A DNA stretch of 34,412 bases from an uncultured Bacilli bacterium (lineage in GTDB: Bacteria; Bacillota_I; Bacilli_A; RF39; UBA660): assembly GCA_947632625.1 (NCBI GenBank), contig CANRPZ010000003.1:1-34412 (forward strand), written 5' to 3'. Shown piece by piece: positions 1 through 9,952 of this stretch (position 1 is the stretch's first letter; each line of letters starts with the position of its first letter). Under the pieces are notes generated by a model. That model did no database searches and was not told the origin of the DNA. It worked only from the letters and a program-made list of their open reading frames with translations. The translations under genes and the position numbers were made by a program.

Positions 1-725
1 ATTCTTTTGACTATTATAGTTTATGGGAAGAAATTAACAATGAAAATTTTAATTCCGTGGAATCCCACAGAATTAAAATTGCTGAAGTTCCATATAATAG
101 ATTTACTATGACCCCAAATAAATGGCAAAAAAATTTTAATGCTATTGGCATTATTCCAAGTAGTGGAAAATATAGTAAAGGTACTTTTGCTCATCCAGAT
201 ATTGCTTTTGAATTTGCCAGTTGGCTATCACCCGAATTTAAATTATATTTAATAACTGAATTTGAAAGATTAAAAACGAATGAAGCTTATCAATATAAAG
301 TTGAGTGGAATGCTACTAGACTTTTATCAAAAGTTAATTATGTAGTTCATACAGATGCAATTAAGAAATGCATAGTTCCAACTTTATCTGAAAAACAAAA
401 ACAGTTAGTTTATGCAGAAGAAGCTGATGTATTAAATGTTGCATTATTTGGAATGACCGCAAAAGAATGGCGAGAAAATAATCCGGAACTTGCAGAAAAT
501 GGAAATTTAAGAGATTATACAGATTTACTTCATTTAGTAATTTTAAATAATTTACAAAACACAAATGCAGAATTAATTGAAGAAAAAGTCCCTCAAAGAG
601 AAAGACTTATTAGATTAAACAATTCAGCAAGAAGACAAATGGAAGCATTAAAAGATAATAAAAGTCTTAAAGATTTAGAATTATTACAAAAGCAAGTTAA
701 TAAGAATAAGTTGATTGAACAATAA
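1..725 (+). CDS. KilA-N domain DNA-binding protein, 5'-partial
   Basis: The frame is open from base 3 (SFDYYSLWEEINNENFNSVE...), so the gene starts left of the window and the GTG at 57 is probably internal. Motifs FTMTPNKW...NAIGII..SGKY..GTFAHPDIAFEFASWLSPEFKLYLI and YAEEADVLNVALFGMTAKEWR...GNLRDY match bacterial KilA-N proteins. Confidence 0.85.
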   Translation, partial: SFDYYSLWEEINNENFNSVESHRIKIAEVPYNRFTMTPNKWQKNFNAIGIIPSSGKYSKGTFAHPDIAFEFASWLSPEFKLYLITEFERLKTNEAYQYKVEWNATRLLSKVNYVVHTDAIKKCIVPTLSEKQKQLVYAEEADVLNVALFGMTAKEWRENNPELAENGNLRDYTDLLHLVILNNLQNTNAELIEEKVPQRERLIRLNNSARRQMEALKDNKSLKDLELLQKQVNKNKLIEQ

Positions 726-764
726 AAAAATTATATAATTAAGTTGGTAAAAGAATGTTGAAAA

Positions 765-846
765 TTTCCTCATATATACCTCATTTTATTAAAAAATGAG
801 GAAAAATACCTTGCAATTTCCTCAATATCAATATTATATGAGTAAA
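765..846. repeat. Cluster of TTTCCTCA/TGAG(G/T)AAA direct and inverted motifs, possible operator
   Basis: tttcctcat 765-773, cctcatttt 779-787, atgaggaaa 796-804, tttcctca 817-824, tgagtaaa 839-846. Confidence 0.4.
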
Positions 847-876
847 ATTGTGAGAAAAATGAAAGGTGGTTTTGGT

Positions 877-1464
877 ATGAATAAAGAAATATTACAACAA
901 ATAAAACGAGAGTATCACTTATTAAGCTTAAATGAGTCATTAGATAAAATAGAGAATTGTTATAAAGAATCTTACATTCTTGAAAAAATTATTAATAAAT
1001 ATGGTAAGGGATTAATTGAGGAAACCAACAACTTATGGTTCTGGTTTTTAGATGTTTCCATAAGTCAATACGAAAAGATATTTAGAAAAACATTAGAAAA
1101 AACGGATAAAGATAGAATGGTGTCTGTATATTTAGACCTTGAAAATTCTCAAAGAATACTTGTCATTTCTTTAGAAGAACAAGTGGCTTTTGAAACTAAA
1201 AATAAAGTAATAAGAGGTAAAAGAACAATAGAGGATGCCGAGGATCGTTATTTTAATACAAGATTTGAATATTTTAATTTATGTATTCATGAAGGACAAG
1301 AGATAGCGATAAAAACAATATTACATGAAGAAGATTGTCGACTTGAGGAAGCTAAAAAAATTAGAAATGAAAAGATAAAAAAGCTAAATGACGTATTGAA
1401 ATATCATTTAATTTCCAAAGATGAATATGAAAAAGAAAGACAACTTGTTTTATCAAAAAAATAA
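877..1464 (+). CDS. Hypothetical protein with SHOCT-like C-terminal helix pair
   Basis: Start moved to ATG 877, which follows the RBS GAAAGGTGGT (861-870). C-terminus KIKKLNDVLKYHLISKDEYEKERQLVL resembles the SHOCT pattern. Confidence 0.6.
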   Translation: MNKEILQQIKREYHLLSLNESLDKIENCYKESYILEKIINKYGKGLIEETNNLWFWFLDVSISQYEKIFRKTLEKTDKDRMVSVYLDLENSQRILVISLEEQVAFETKNKVIRGKRTIEDAEDRYFNTRFEYFNLCIHEGQEIAIKTILHEEDCRLEEAKKIRNEKIKKLNDVLKYHLISKDEYEKERQLVLSKK

Positions 1465-1500
1465 GTAAAAATATTAAAAGAGAAAAGGATGGATTTAATT

Positions 1501-2193
1501 ATGGAAAGACCTATCACAACTTTATTTATGTTAGAATCTTTGGATGGTAAAATTAATAGCGGTAATAATGATGCATTAGATGCAGATAAAGATTGGTGCA
1601 AAATAGATGGAGTAAAAGAAGGATTACCACAATATTATGATATTGAAGCGACCACAGATATTTATTCCTTAAACACAGGACGTGTTATGGCTAAAATTGG
1701 TGTTAATGAAAGAAAAGAATTTCATGAAAAAATAGACATAAGATTTATAATTATAGATAATAAGCCTCATTTAAATGAAAATGGAATTAATTATTTATGC
1801 TATTGGGTAGAAAAATTAATTTTGGTAACCACTAATAAAAATCATATTGCCTTTTCATTAAAAGAAAAATATGAGAATTTAGATATAATTTATTACAATA
1901 ACTTGGATTTAAAAAAATTATTATTTGATATAAAAGAAAAATATAACGCTGAAAGAATTACAATTCAATCTGGTGGAAATTTAAATGGTTTATTTTTAAG
2001 AGAAAATTTAATCGATTATGTTAATATAGTAATTGCTCCTTTATTAGTTGGAGGGCATGATACATCAACTTTGATTGATGGAGAAGCAATAAGTAAAGTT
2101 GAAGATTTAAACAAATTAAGAGCATTAGAATTGATTGAATGTAATAAACTAAATAATTCGTATATTCAGTTAATTTATAAAGTAAAAAAATAA
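1501..2193 (+). CDS. RibD C-terminal (pyrimidine reductase/DHFR-like) domain protein
   Basis: RPITTLFMLESLDGKI, ITIQSGGNLNGLFLRENLIDYVNIVIAPLLVGG. ATG 1501 follows AAGGATGG; ATG 1489 is an alternative start. Confidence 0.8.
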   Translation: MERPITTLFMLESLDGKINSGNNDALDADKDWCKIDGVKEGLPQYYDIEATTDIYSLNTGRVMAKIGVNERKEFHEKIDIRFIIIDNKPHLNENGINYLCYWVEKLILVTTNKNHIAFSLKEKYENLDIIYYNNLDLKKLLFDIKEKYNAERITIQSGGNLNGLFLRENLIDYVNIVIAPLLVGGHDTSTLIDGEAISKVEDLNKLRALELIECNKLNNSYIQLIYKVKK

Positions 2194-2459
2194 GGTATTC
2201 TATAAATATAGCAAGAGAAATTATGAAATTATATAATCAATTTTTTAGTAGTTTTAAAAATGCCAAGTAAGAACGTAGGATTATGATAAAATTTTTAAGG
2301 CAAATCATAACATGTTCTTAATTCTTAGAGGTTGATTAAATAAAAAAGTAAAGCAAGATTATAAGATTGTTTAATTATAAGAATGATAGTATACTTTATT
2401 TAGTAAAATAAAAAATAAAGAAAGGAAAGTAATCGATTTTAAGATTACTAAAACATACC

Positions 2460-3549
2460 ATGGACAAAAAAGAATTATTAAATACTTTAAATCAATTGTT
2501 AGAAAAAGTAGATGAATTAGGGAGGGGACTTTGACTTACCCCAAAAAGAAAAAAGAATACAAGAATTAGAACAAAAAGTTAATGATGAAAATTTTTGGCA
2601 AAACGTTGAAGAATCGACCAGCGTGAATCAAGAATTAACAGCTTTAAAAAAAGAAAGAGATTTTTTTATACAAACGAAAAAAAGTTTGGAAGAAGATATA
2701 GAACTTATTGATATTATAGAAGAACATGAACTTGAAAACTTAAAAAAAGAAATAGACGTTTTAGAACAAGAAATAAAAAATCTAGAAATCAATTGTTTGT
2801 TAAGTAAAGAATTTGACCAATTAAACTGTTATCTAGAAATTCATCCTGGCGCTGGTGGAACAGAGTCTTGTGATTGGGCAAGTATGCTAGCTCGTATGTA
2901 TACAAGATTTTGTGAAAGCAATCATTATAATTACGAAATTATAGAAAGTCAAAAAGGTGAAGAAGCGGGGCTTAAAAGTTTTACTATGTATATAAAAGGA
3001 TTATATGCTTATGGTTATTTAAAAAATGAAAAAGGAATTCATAGATTGGTACGTATTTCTCCTTTTGATTCAAATAAAAGACGTCATACCTCTTTTGCAT
3101 CTGTTTTAGTAACCCCTGAATATAAACATACCATTTCGGTGGACATTAAAGAAAGTGATTTAAAAATAGATGTTTATCACTCAAGTGGAGCTGGTGGTCA
3201 AAGTGTAAACACATCAAATTCAGCTGTTAGAATTACCCACTTACCAACCAAAATTGTTGTGACTTGTCAAAATGAACGAAGCCAAATGCAAAATAAAGAG
3301 CAAGCTATGAAAATGTTAAGAAATAAACTTTATGAATTAGAATTACAAAAACAAGAACAACAACAAAATAATTTAAAAGGAACAATCCAAAATATTGAGT
3401 TTGGTAATCAAATTCGTAGTTATGTTTTAGAACCTTATAAATTAATAAAGGATCATCGTAGTGGCTATGAAACTAGCGATGTTTTAAAAGTACTAGACGG
3501 TGATTTATTGCCAATTTTAGAATCCGTTTTAAAAAATAAAAAAGAATAA
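2460..3549 (+). CDS. prfB: Peptide chain release factor 2, programmed +1 frameshift (join 2460-2531, 2533-3549; 362 aa)
   Basis: ATG 2460 reads MDKKELLNTLNQLLEKVDELGRGL to CTT TGA C at 2529-2535. The +1 frame continues DLPQKEKRIQELE...FW into the listed 2623 ORF, which has the SPF (ISPFD) and GGQ motifs. Confidence 0.97.
2520..2535 (+). promoter_or_regulatory. RF2 autoregulatory +1 frameshift cassette
   Basis: GGG AGG GGA CTT TGA C: internal SD-like sequence followed by the canonical CTT-TGA-C shift site. Confidence 0.95.
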
Positions 3550-3600
3550 ATTGCATTTTTCATTATTTCGTTTTACAATAAGACAAATCTAGGTGGTAAT

Positions 3601-4944
3601 ATGAAAAACACATTAGAATTTATAAGAAAAATATTAGAAAAAAATTCAACAATTGTCTTGGGACTTTCTGGAGGTCCTGATTCAATGTGTCTTTTTAACA
3701 TTCTTTTAAAATTTAAAGAAGAATATAATTTAAAAATTATTTGTGCTCATGTAAATCACAACGTAAGAAAAGAAAGTAAAGAAGAAGAAGAATTTGTCAA
3801 AAAAATTGTTTTAAAAAATAATTGCTTATTTGAAACCACAAAATTAAATCTTAATCATAAAAATTTTGAAGCCAATGCCAGAAAAGAAAGATATGCCTTT
3901 TTTAATGAAATGGTAAAAAAATATCAAGCAAAATATTTAATGACGGCTCATCATGGCGATGATTTGGTAGAGACAATTTTAATGCATATGACTAGAGGAA
4001 GCCATTTTTATGGATATTGTGGATTTAAAAAAATTACTCATTTTGATAATTTTTCTTTAGTAAGACCCCTAATATATCTAACCAAAGAGGATATTTTAAA
4101 CTATTGCAAAGAAAATAAAATTTCTTATTGCCTTGATAAAACAAATGATAGCGATGTACACACAAGAAATCGATATCGAAAAGTTATTTTGCCATTTTTA
4201 AAAAAAGAAAATAAAAATGTTCATTTAAAATATTTGCAATTTAGTGAAGAAATTGAAACTATAGAGGATTATTTACAAAAAAAGACATTAGATGCCTTGA
4301 CGAAAATTAGGAGTTTTGATAAAGTAAATTTGCACGAATTAAATAAGCTTGAACCGCTTATAAAAAAACGTGTCCTTGAGTATATATTAAAAGAAGAGTA
4401 CCAAAACGATATTATACTTATAACGAATAAACATATTAAAGCGATAATTGCTCTATGCACATCAAATAAAGCCAATACTAGTATCGATTTACCTCTTCAA
4501 AAAAAGGCTATAAAAGAATACAACCTACTATACTTTAGTAATAAAAAAAATCCAAAAAGAGAAGAATATATATTAGAAGATGAAATAATATTAAATGAAC
4601 ACGAAAAAATTATAAAAGTAAAAGATTCTGATATTTTGAAAAGTAATTATTTAATAAGATTAAATTCTCAAGAAATTTCTCTTCCCTTAAAAGTCCGATT
4701 TAAAAAAGATCAAGATAGGATGGCAGTAAAAAATTTAAAAGGACATAAAAAATTGAAAGATATTTTTATAGATGAAAAAGTACCTTTAAGTAAGAGAAAT
4801 CAATATCCTATAGTAGTAGATAATAAAAACACGATTCTTTGGGTACCAGGTTTAAAAAAATCAAAGTTTGATAAAAATAAAGATGAATTTTATGATATAA
4901 TATATAAGTATGTAATTGATAAGGAGGATTATAATGAAAAATAA
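3601..4944 (+). CDS. tilS: tRNA(Ile)-lysidine synthetase
   Basis: PP-loop [38 protein letters not shown] and the C-terminal [13 protein letters not shown] domain; adjacent to ftsH. Confidence 0.96.
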   Translation: MKNTLEFIRKILEKNSTIVLGLSGGPDSMCLFNILLKFKEEYNLKIICAHVNHNVRKESKEEEEFVKKIVLKNNCLFETTKLNLNHKNFEANARKERYAFFNEMVKKYQAKYLMTAHHGDDLVETILMHMTRGSHFYGYCGFKKITHFDNFSLVRPLIYLTKEDILNYCKENKISYCLDKTNDSDVHTRNRYRKVILPFLKKENKNVHLKYLQFSEEIETIEDYLQKKTLDALTKIRSFDKVNLHELNKLEPLIKKRVLEYILKEEYQNDIILITNKHIKAIIALCTSNKANTSIDLPLQKKAIKEYNLLYFSNKKNPKREEYILEDEIILNEHEKIIKVKDSDILKSNYLIRLNSQEISLPLKVRFKKDQDRMAVKNLKGHKKLKDIFIDEKVPLSKRNQYPIVVDNKNTILWVPGLKKSKFDKNKDEFYDIIYKYVIDKEDYNEK

Positions 4945-6913
4945 TAACAATACAATTAAAAACTTATTCCCTTATTTGGTATTAATAGTAGTTATCTTTT
5001 TTGTATTAACTGTATTAAACTTTGGGGGGACAATAAATCATAGTTTAACAACTGGAGAACTTTTAAGTGAATTAGAAAAAAGTAACGTTACAGAAATTAC
5101 AATTACACCTAAAAGTAATGATTCTGTATATTATATTGAAGGAAAATTAGCAAACTATAAAGAAAAAGAAAGCTTTTCTGCTAAAGTTGTCGAAGAGGAT
5201 TTAACAGAAATAACCAATTATGCTAAAGAACATGATTTAGAGGTTTATGAAACCAATAAAGATCCAGGTTCTATATCTTTAATTTATATAATTGTGAATT
5301 TCTTACCTTTAGTCCTTATTATTGGAGCTTCTTACATTTTAATTACGAAAATGGCTGGAAGCAATAAAAATTCTATGGACTTTGGAAGAAGCCGTGCTAG
5401 ACTATCTGAAGATGGTGGTTCAACTAAATTTAGTGATGTAGCAGGACTTAAAGAAGAAAAAGAAGAGGTTGCTGAACTAATTGATTTCTTAAAAAATCCT
5501 AAAAAATTCCAAAAGTTAGGAGCAAGAATTCCGAAAGGTGTTTTATTAGTTGGTCCTCCAGGAACAGGTAAAACTTTACTTGCAAAAGCAGTTGCAGGAG
5601 AAGCCAATGTACCTTTCTATTACATTAGTGGATCTGATTTTGTGGAATTATTTGTCGGTGTTGGTGCAAGTCGTGTAAGAGATATGTTTAAAGAAGCCAA
5701 AAAGAATGCACCATGTCTAATCTTTATAGATGAAATTGATGCCGTAGGTCGTCAACGTGGAGCAGGTCTTGGTGGAGGTCACGATGAACGTGAACAAACA
5801 TTAAACCAATTGCTTACTGAAATGGATGGATTTGGAGCGAATGAAGGAATTATTATTATTGCTGCAACCAATAGACCGGATGTTTTAGACCCAGCTCTAT
5901 TGAGACCAGGAAGATTTGATAGACAAGTTACTGTTAATTTACCAGATACAAAAGAACGTGAAGCAATTTTAAAAGTTCATGCTAAAAATAAAATTCTTGA
6001 TAAATCAGTAAGTTTAGAAAATGTTAGTGCTAGAACTCCAGGCTTTAGTGGTGCTGATCTTGAAAACTTACTTAACGAAGCCGCTTTACTTGCTGTAAGA
6101 AAAGATGAAGAAGCCATTACAATGGATGATATTGATGAAGCAACGGATCGTGTATTAATGGGTCCAGCCAAAACAAGTCGTAAAATAACAGATAAAGAAA
6201 AGAAACTTGTAAGTATTCATGAATCTGGTCATGCAGTTATAGGTATTAAATTAGAAGATGCCAACGAGGTTCATAAAATAACGATTATTCCACGTGGTAT
6301 GGCTGGTGGTTATACGATGATGCTTCCAAAAGAAGAAAAAATATCTGTTATGACCGAAAAAGAATTACTCGCAACAATTACTGGTTTACTTGGTGGTCGT
6401 GCTGCTGAAGAATTATTTTTAGGAGAAATAACAACTGGAGCAAGCGATGATTTTAAAAAGGCTACCAATATAGCACGTAGTATGGTTTCTGAATATGGTA
6501 TGAGTGAACTTGGTCCAATGCAATACGAACAAAAAAGCGAAGGTGTCTTTTTAGGTAGAGATTATAATAAAACGAAAAATTATTCTGATCAAGTTGCTTT
6601 AGAAATTGATAGAGAGGTTCGTAAAATTATTGAAAACTGTTATAAAGATGCTAAAAGAATTTTAAGTGAAAATGAAGATTTAGTAATGACATTAAGTAAA
6701 GCTTTAATTGAAAAGGAAACGTTAACTAAAGAAGAAATTGAATCACTTGTAACCACTGGTAAAATAGAAGAGAATTTAGAACCTTTGAAAGAAGATGAAC
6801 CTTCCTTACTAAAATTAAGAGAAATTGCTAAAGCTAATAAAATTAAAGGTTATACAAAAATGACCAAAGAAGAATTAGAAGAAGCTATTAAAGATTTAGA
6901 TAGTTTAAAATAA
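4934..6913 (+). CDS. ftsH: ATP-dependent zinc metalloprotease FtsH
   Basis: Two TM helices, Walker A GPPGTGKT, Walker [34 protein letters not shown] zinc motif. Start set to ATG 4934 after AAGGAGG. Confidence 0.98.
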   Translation: MKNNNNTIKNLFPYLVLIVVIFFVLTVLNFGGTINHSLTTGELLSELEKSNVTEITITPKSNDSVYYIEGKLANYKEKESFSAKVVEEDLTEITNYAKEHDLEVYETNKDPGSISLIYIIVNFLPLVLIIGASYILITKMAGSNKNSMDFGRSRARLSEDGGSTKFSDVAGLKEEKEEVAELIDFLKNPKKFQKLGARIPKGVLLVGPPGTGKTLLAKAVAGEANVPFYYISGSDFVELFVGVGASRVRDMFKEAKKNAPCLIFIDEIDAVGRQRGAGLGGGHDEREQTLNQLLTEMDGFGANEGIIIIAATNRPDVLDPALLRPGRFDRQVTVNLPDTKEREAILKVHAKNKILDKSVSLENVSARTPGFSGADLENLLNEAALLAVRKDEEAITMDDIDEATDRVLMGPAKTSRKITDKEKKLVSIHESGHAVIGIKLEDANEVHKITIIPRGMAGGYTMMLPKEEKISVMTEKELLATITGLLGGRAAEELFLGEITTGASDDFKKATNIARSMVSEYGMSELGPMQYEQKSEGVFLGRDYNKTKNYSDQVALEIDREVRKIIENCYKDAKRILSENEDLVMTLSKALIEKETLTKEEIESLVTTGKIEENLEPLKEDEPSLLKLREIAKANKIKGYTKMTKEELEEAIKDLDSLK

Positions 6914-6928
6914 TCTAAATCTTTTTTT
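6890..6928 (+). terminator. Intrinsic terminator of tilS-ftsH
   Basis: 12-bp stem aaagatttagat (6890-6901) / atctaaatcttt (6913-6924) spanning the stop codon and running into a T tract. Confidence 0.7.
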
Positions 6929-6937
6929 CTGATTTAA

Positions 6938-6966
6938 TTGCAAAAGTAAAAAGAGTTTAGTATAAT
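6938..6966 (+). promoter_or_regulatory. sigma-A-type promoter of the putative DGR target gene
   Basis: TTGCAA (6938-6943), 17 nt spacer, TATAAT (6961-6966); RBS AGGAGG at 6978-6983 and ATG at 6994. Confidence 0.75.
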
Positions 6967-6993
6967 TAAATTAACATAGGAGGAAAAAGAATT

Positions 6994-8803
6994 ATGAAGA
7001 AAAGAAATAGAATCCTCCCAACCGAAACTAGCTTCGGGGGGGGGGTTATTAGAAAGTAATAATAAACCAACGGAGCTACAAAGGTATAAGAAAAATACAA
7101 AGCAAAAGAAAATTTTAATTGGAGCAATAGTATTATTTATATTAATCATTGGCGGTATAAAACTATATCGCACTTTTGCATTGTATAAAGAAGAAAAATC
7201 CTTTAATGTATTAAAAGGAATAGTACCGGATTTTGTCGGAGGAGATGTAATACTCGCATTCACTGTAAATAATAAGGAAACAAATCACTTATCTTTCCCA
7301 AATAAAGGAGAAGGATATAAAGTAGATAAAGTAACTTGTGAGAATGATGTAAAAGCAGATTGGAATAACAATTCTTGGAGTCTAGAAATAAAGGATAGTA
7401 ACAAACAAAGAAAAATAAAATGTACAATTAATTTTAATAAGTATCAAGAAAGTATATTAAATGAAGCAGACCCAGTATTAAAAGAAGGATTAGTAGCAGT
7501 AAAAGTTGATAAAGATACAGGTGCAGTAACCAAAGCAGATACAACAAAACAATGGTATAGCTATGAGAATCAAGAATGGGCAAATGCGGTAATACTAACA
7601 AATGGTAAAACAGCAGATAACTACCAAGATAATGACCCGATACCAGAGGCAGATATCGAAAGTTATTTTGTATGGATACCAAAATATAAATATCAAATAT
7701 TCGATATGGGAAATTATACAACGAGAGAAGAAGATAGTAGTTATCAAGATAATGAACAAGCTATAGAAATAAAATTTGGCTTAACGAATACTATAGACGA
7801 TGAGGAAGAATGCATTGCTCCACCAAGTGGAGAGAATGGTACTTGTGCTGTAAATAAATGGATGACGCATCCAGCGTTTACTGCTTTTGATACAAACGGA
7901 ATCTGGGTTGGAAAGTTTAAGACAGGATACAAAGGAGCAAATAGTAAAACCGAAGCTGAACAAGATGGAGATGCATCTAAAATCATCATAAAACCAAATG
8001 AATATAGTTGGAGAGGTATAACTATAGGAATAATGTATCAAAATAGTTTAAATTATAATAAAGATTTAAATAGTCATATGTTAAAAAATACCGAATGGGG
8101 AGCAGTAGCTTATTTAGCCAACTCTATTTATGGACGATGTGACAAAAATACAAAGGAGTGTAGTGAAATACATGTCAATAATAATTCTGATTTTTTAACA
8201 GGTTATGCCGCAAAGCACAAATTTACAATAGGTTTTACTAGTACAAATGAGTCTTGTACAGAGCACTCTGATGCTTGTAATGAATATGGAGGATCAAGCA
8301 AAGGGCAAGACGGAACTTATAACTATCAATATTTTAGTCCAAAAAGTGTTAAGGCAAGTACCACAAATAATTACACTGGTATTTATGATATGAGTGGAGG
8401 TTCATGGGAATACGTAATGGGTGTGATGGTGGATGCAAATGATAATCCAATATATTTAAATAGTGAGTTAAGTGCAGATGATTTAAAAGACGAGAGATAT
8501 TATGATGACTATAAAAATGGTGTCGAATTCCAATATACAAGTCGAATATTAGGAGATGCAACAGGAGAGATGGGACCATTTATTCAAGAACAATATACGG
8601 GAACAACAACTACTGCAGTAGAACAAACTAGAACAATTAGTGGATGGTATCATGATGAAGGTTGGTTTGTCTTGACTGGCAGTCCTTGGTTCCTGCGTGG
8701 TGGCGTTTACGATCACGGGTTTGAGGGCGGTGTTTTCACTTTCGTTCGCGGCGCAGGTGAGGCGTACGCGTACCGTGCTTTTCGCCTTGCTCTTGCCTTT
8801 TAG
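6994..8803 (+). CDS. Membrane-anchored surface protein with C-terminal CLec/FGE-sulfatase-like domain; putative DGR target; out of frame at a G10 tract (602 aa if G9)
   Basis: ATG 6994 reads MKKRNRILPTETSFGGGVIRK* (stop 7057-7059). The +1 frame after the G run reads LLESNNKPTELQRYKKNTKQKKILIGAIVLFILIIGGIKLYRTFALYKEEK... into the listed 7181 ORF. Motifs FVWIPKY, THPAF, GIWVGKF, KNTEWGAVAYL, GIYDMSGGSWEYV and WFLRGG...AFR resemble FGE-type CLec domains. Confidence 0.8.
7036..7045 (+). repeat. G10 homopolymer, candidate slipped-strand phase-variation tract
   Basis: Ten consecutive G in an AT-rich window, at the exact junction between the start-codon frame and the main frame. Confidence 0.8.
8660..8803 (+). 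other. Putative DGR variable region (VR) plus IMH-like 3' end
   Basis: Hand count for 8661-8800: 11 A in 140 nt (8%) and 79 G+C (56%), versus 29 A in 60 nt at 8581-8640. Only 1 of the last 47 sense codons ends in A. Encodes the RGG...G.F...FR lectin-fold tail. Confidence 0.72.
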
Positions 8804-8858
8804 TTCAATCAATTAATCCAAACTTTATAAATACTCATATACTATAAAGAGGTGTATT

Positions 8859-9941
8859 ATGAGTAAACTTAAAGTATATGTTTATGCCATTTGTAAAAAT
8901 GAAAGTAAATTTGTTAAAGATTATATTGCTAGCATGAGTGAAGCAGATGGCATTTATGTATTGGATACTGGTTCACAAGATGATACTGTAAAATTACTAA
9001 AAAAATATAAAAATGTTCATGTAAAAGAAGAAAAAATAGAGCCTTTTCGTTTTGACGTTGCTAGAAATAAATCTTTAGAAATGGTTCCTAAAGATGCGGA
9101 TATTTGTGTTTGTACAGATTTTGATGAGGTCTTTCAAAAAGGATGGCGAAAGAAATTAGAAGAGGTTTGGGTAAAAGAAAATCCAACTCGTGTAGAATAT
9201 TTATATAACTGGAGTTTTAATGAATATGGAAAACCAGCTACAACCTTTTATATGTCTAAAATTCATAAAAGAGATGCTTATATTTGGCATCATCCCGTTC
9301 ATGAGGTTTTAAAATGTTTAATTCCTAATGAAAAAAGTGTAATTGCTGAAGGCATAGTTTTAAATCATCATCAAGATTTTAAAAAACCAAGAACAAGTTA
9401 TTTATCACTTTTGGAATTAAGTGTAAAAGAGGAACCTGAAGATGATCGAAATATGCATTATTTAGGCCGTGAATATATGTATTATCAAAAATGGAATGAA
9501 GCTATTGATACATTAATTCGTCATTTAAATCTAAAAAGTAGTACTTGGAAAGATGAAAGAGCGGCTTCTATGCGATTTATTGCTCGATCTTATATGGGAT
9601 TAAAAAGACCATTAGAAGCTAAAATGTGGTATTTACAAGCCATAAAAGAAGCTCCTTATTTAAGAGAAGCTTATGTTGAACTTGCAGAAATTTATTATAA
9701 TGAGCAAGAATATGATAATAGTTATTACTATTTAACGGAAGCTAATAAAATAAAAACGAAACCAATTAGCTATATTAATGAAGATTTTTGTTGGAATGCT
9801 TATTTTTATGATTTATATAGTGTTGTTTGTTATTATACAAAACATTATGAAGAGGCCATTATAAATGTTAAAAAAGCTATTGAGTTAGACCCTAATAATG
9901 AAAGATTAAAAACCAATTTACAAATAATGGAAAAAAAATAG
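8859..9941 (+). CDS. GT2 glycosyltransferase with C-terminal TPR repeats
   Basis: VYAICKNE, VLDTGSQD, FDVARN, DxD motif CTDFDE, PVHEVL; TPR-like helices (YYLGREY-like HYLGREY, AIELDPNNERL). Confidence 0.88.
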   Translation: MSKLKVYVYAICKNESKFVKDYIASMSEADGIYVLDTGSQDDTVKLLKKYKNVHVKEEKIEPFRFDVARNKSLEMVPKDADICVCTDFDEVFQKGWRKKLEEVWVKENPTRVEYLYNWSFNEYGKPATTFYMSKIHKRDAYIWHHPVHEVLKCLIPNEKSVIAEGIVLNHHQDFKKPRTSYLSLLELSVKEEPEDDRNMHYLGREYMYYQKWNEAIDTLIRHLNLKSSTWKDERAASMRFIARSYMGLKRPLEAKMWYLQAIKEAPYLREAYVELAEIYYNEQEYDNSYYYLTEANKIKTKPISYINEDFCWNAYFYDLYSVVCYYTKHYEEAIINVKKAIELDPNNERLKTNLQIMEKK

Positions 9942-9952
9942 TCTGATTTTTA

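Noticed and set aside
1-2193. Prophage or mobile element around the KilA-N gene
   Set aside because: No integrase, transposase, att-like repeats or phage structural genes are visible; KilA-N alone is insufficient.
2194-2459. ncRNA, tRNA or CRISPR array in the longest intergenic gap
   Set aside because: Very AT-rich with no regular repeats or convincing structure; no CRISPR, tRNA or rRNA was seen anywhere in the window.
2460-2622. prfB as a pseudogene or truncated at 2623
   Set aside because: The internal TGA is the canonical programmed frameshift site; this is well known and not novel.
7181-8803. TTG 7181 as the true start of the 540-aa ORF
   Set aside because: No RBS, and it would omit the in-frame membrane anchor; the promoter and RBS point to ATG 6994.
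8823-8849. ctttata/tataaag inverted repeat as the DGR target-recognition hairpin
   Set aside because: Only 7 bp, almost all AT, with a 13-nt loop; unlike the GC-rich short-loop hairpins of characterised DGRs and likely by chance.
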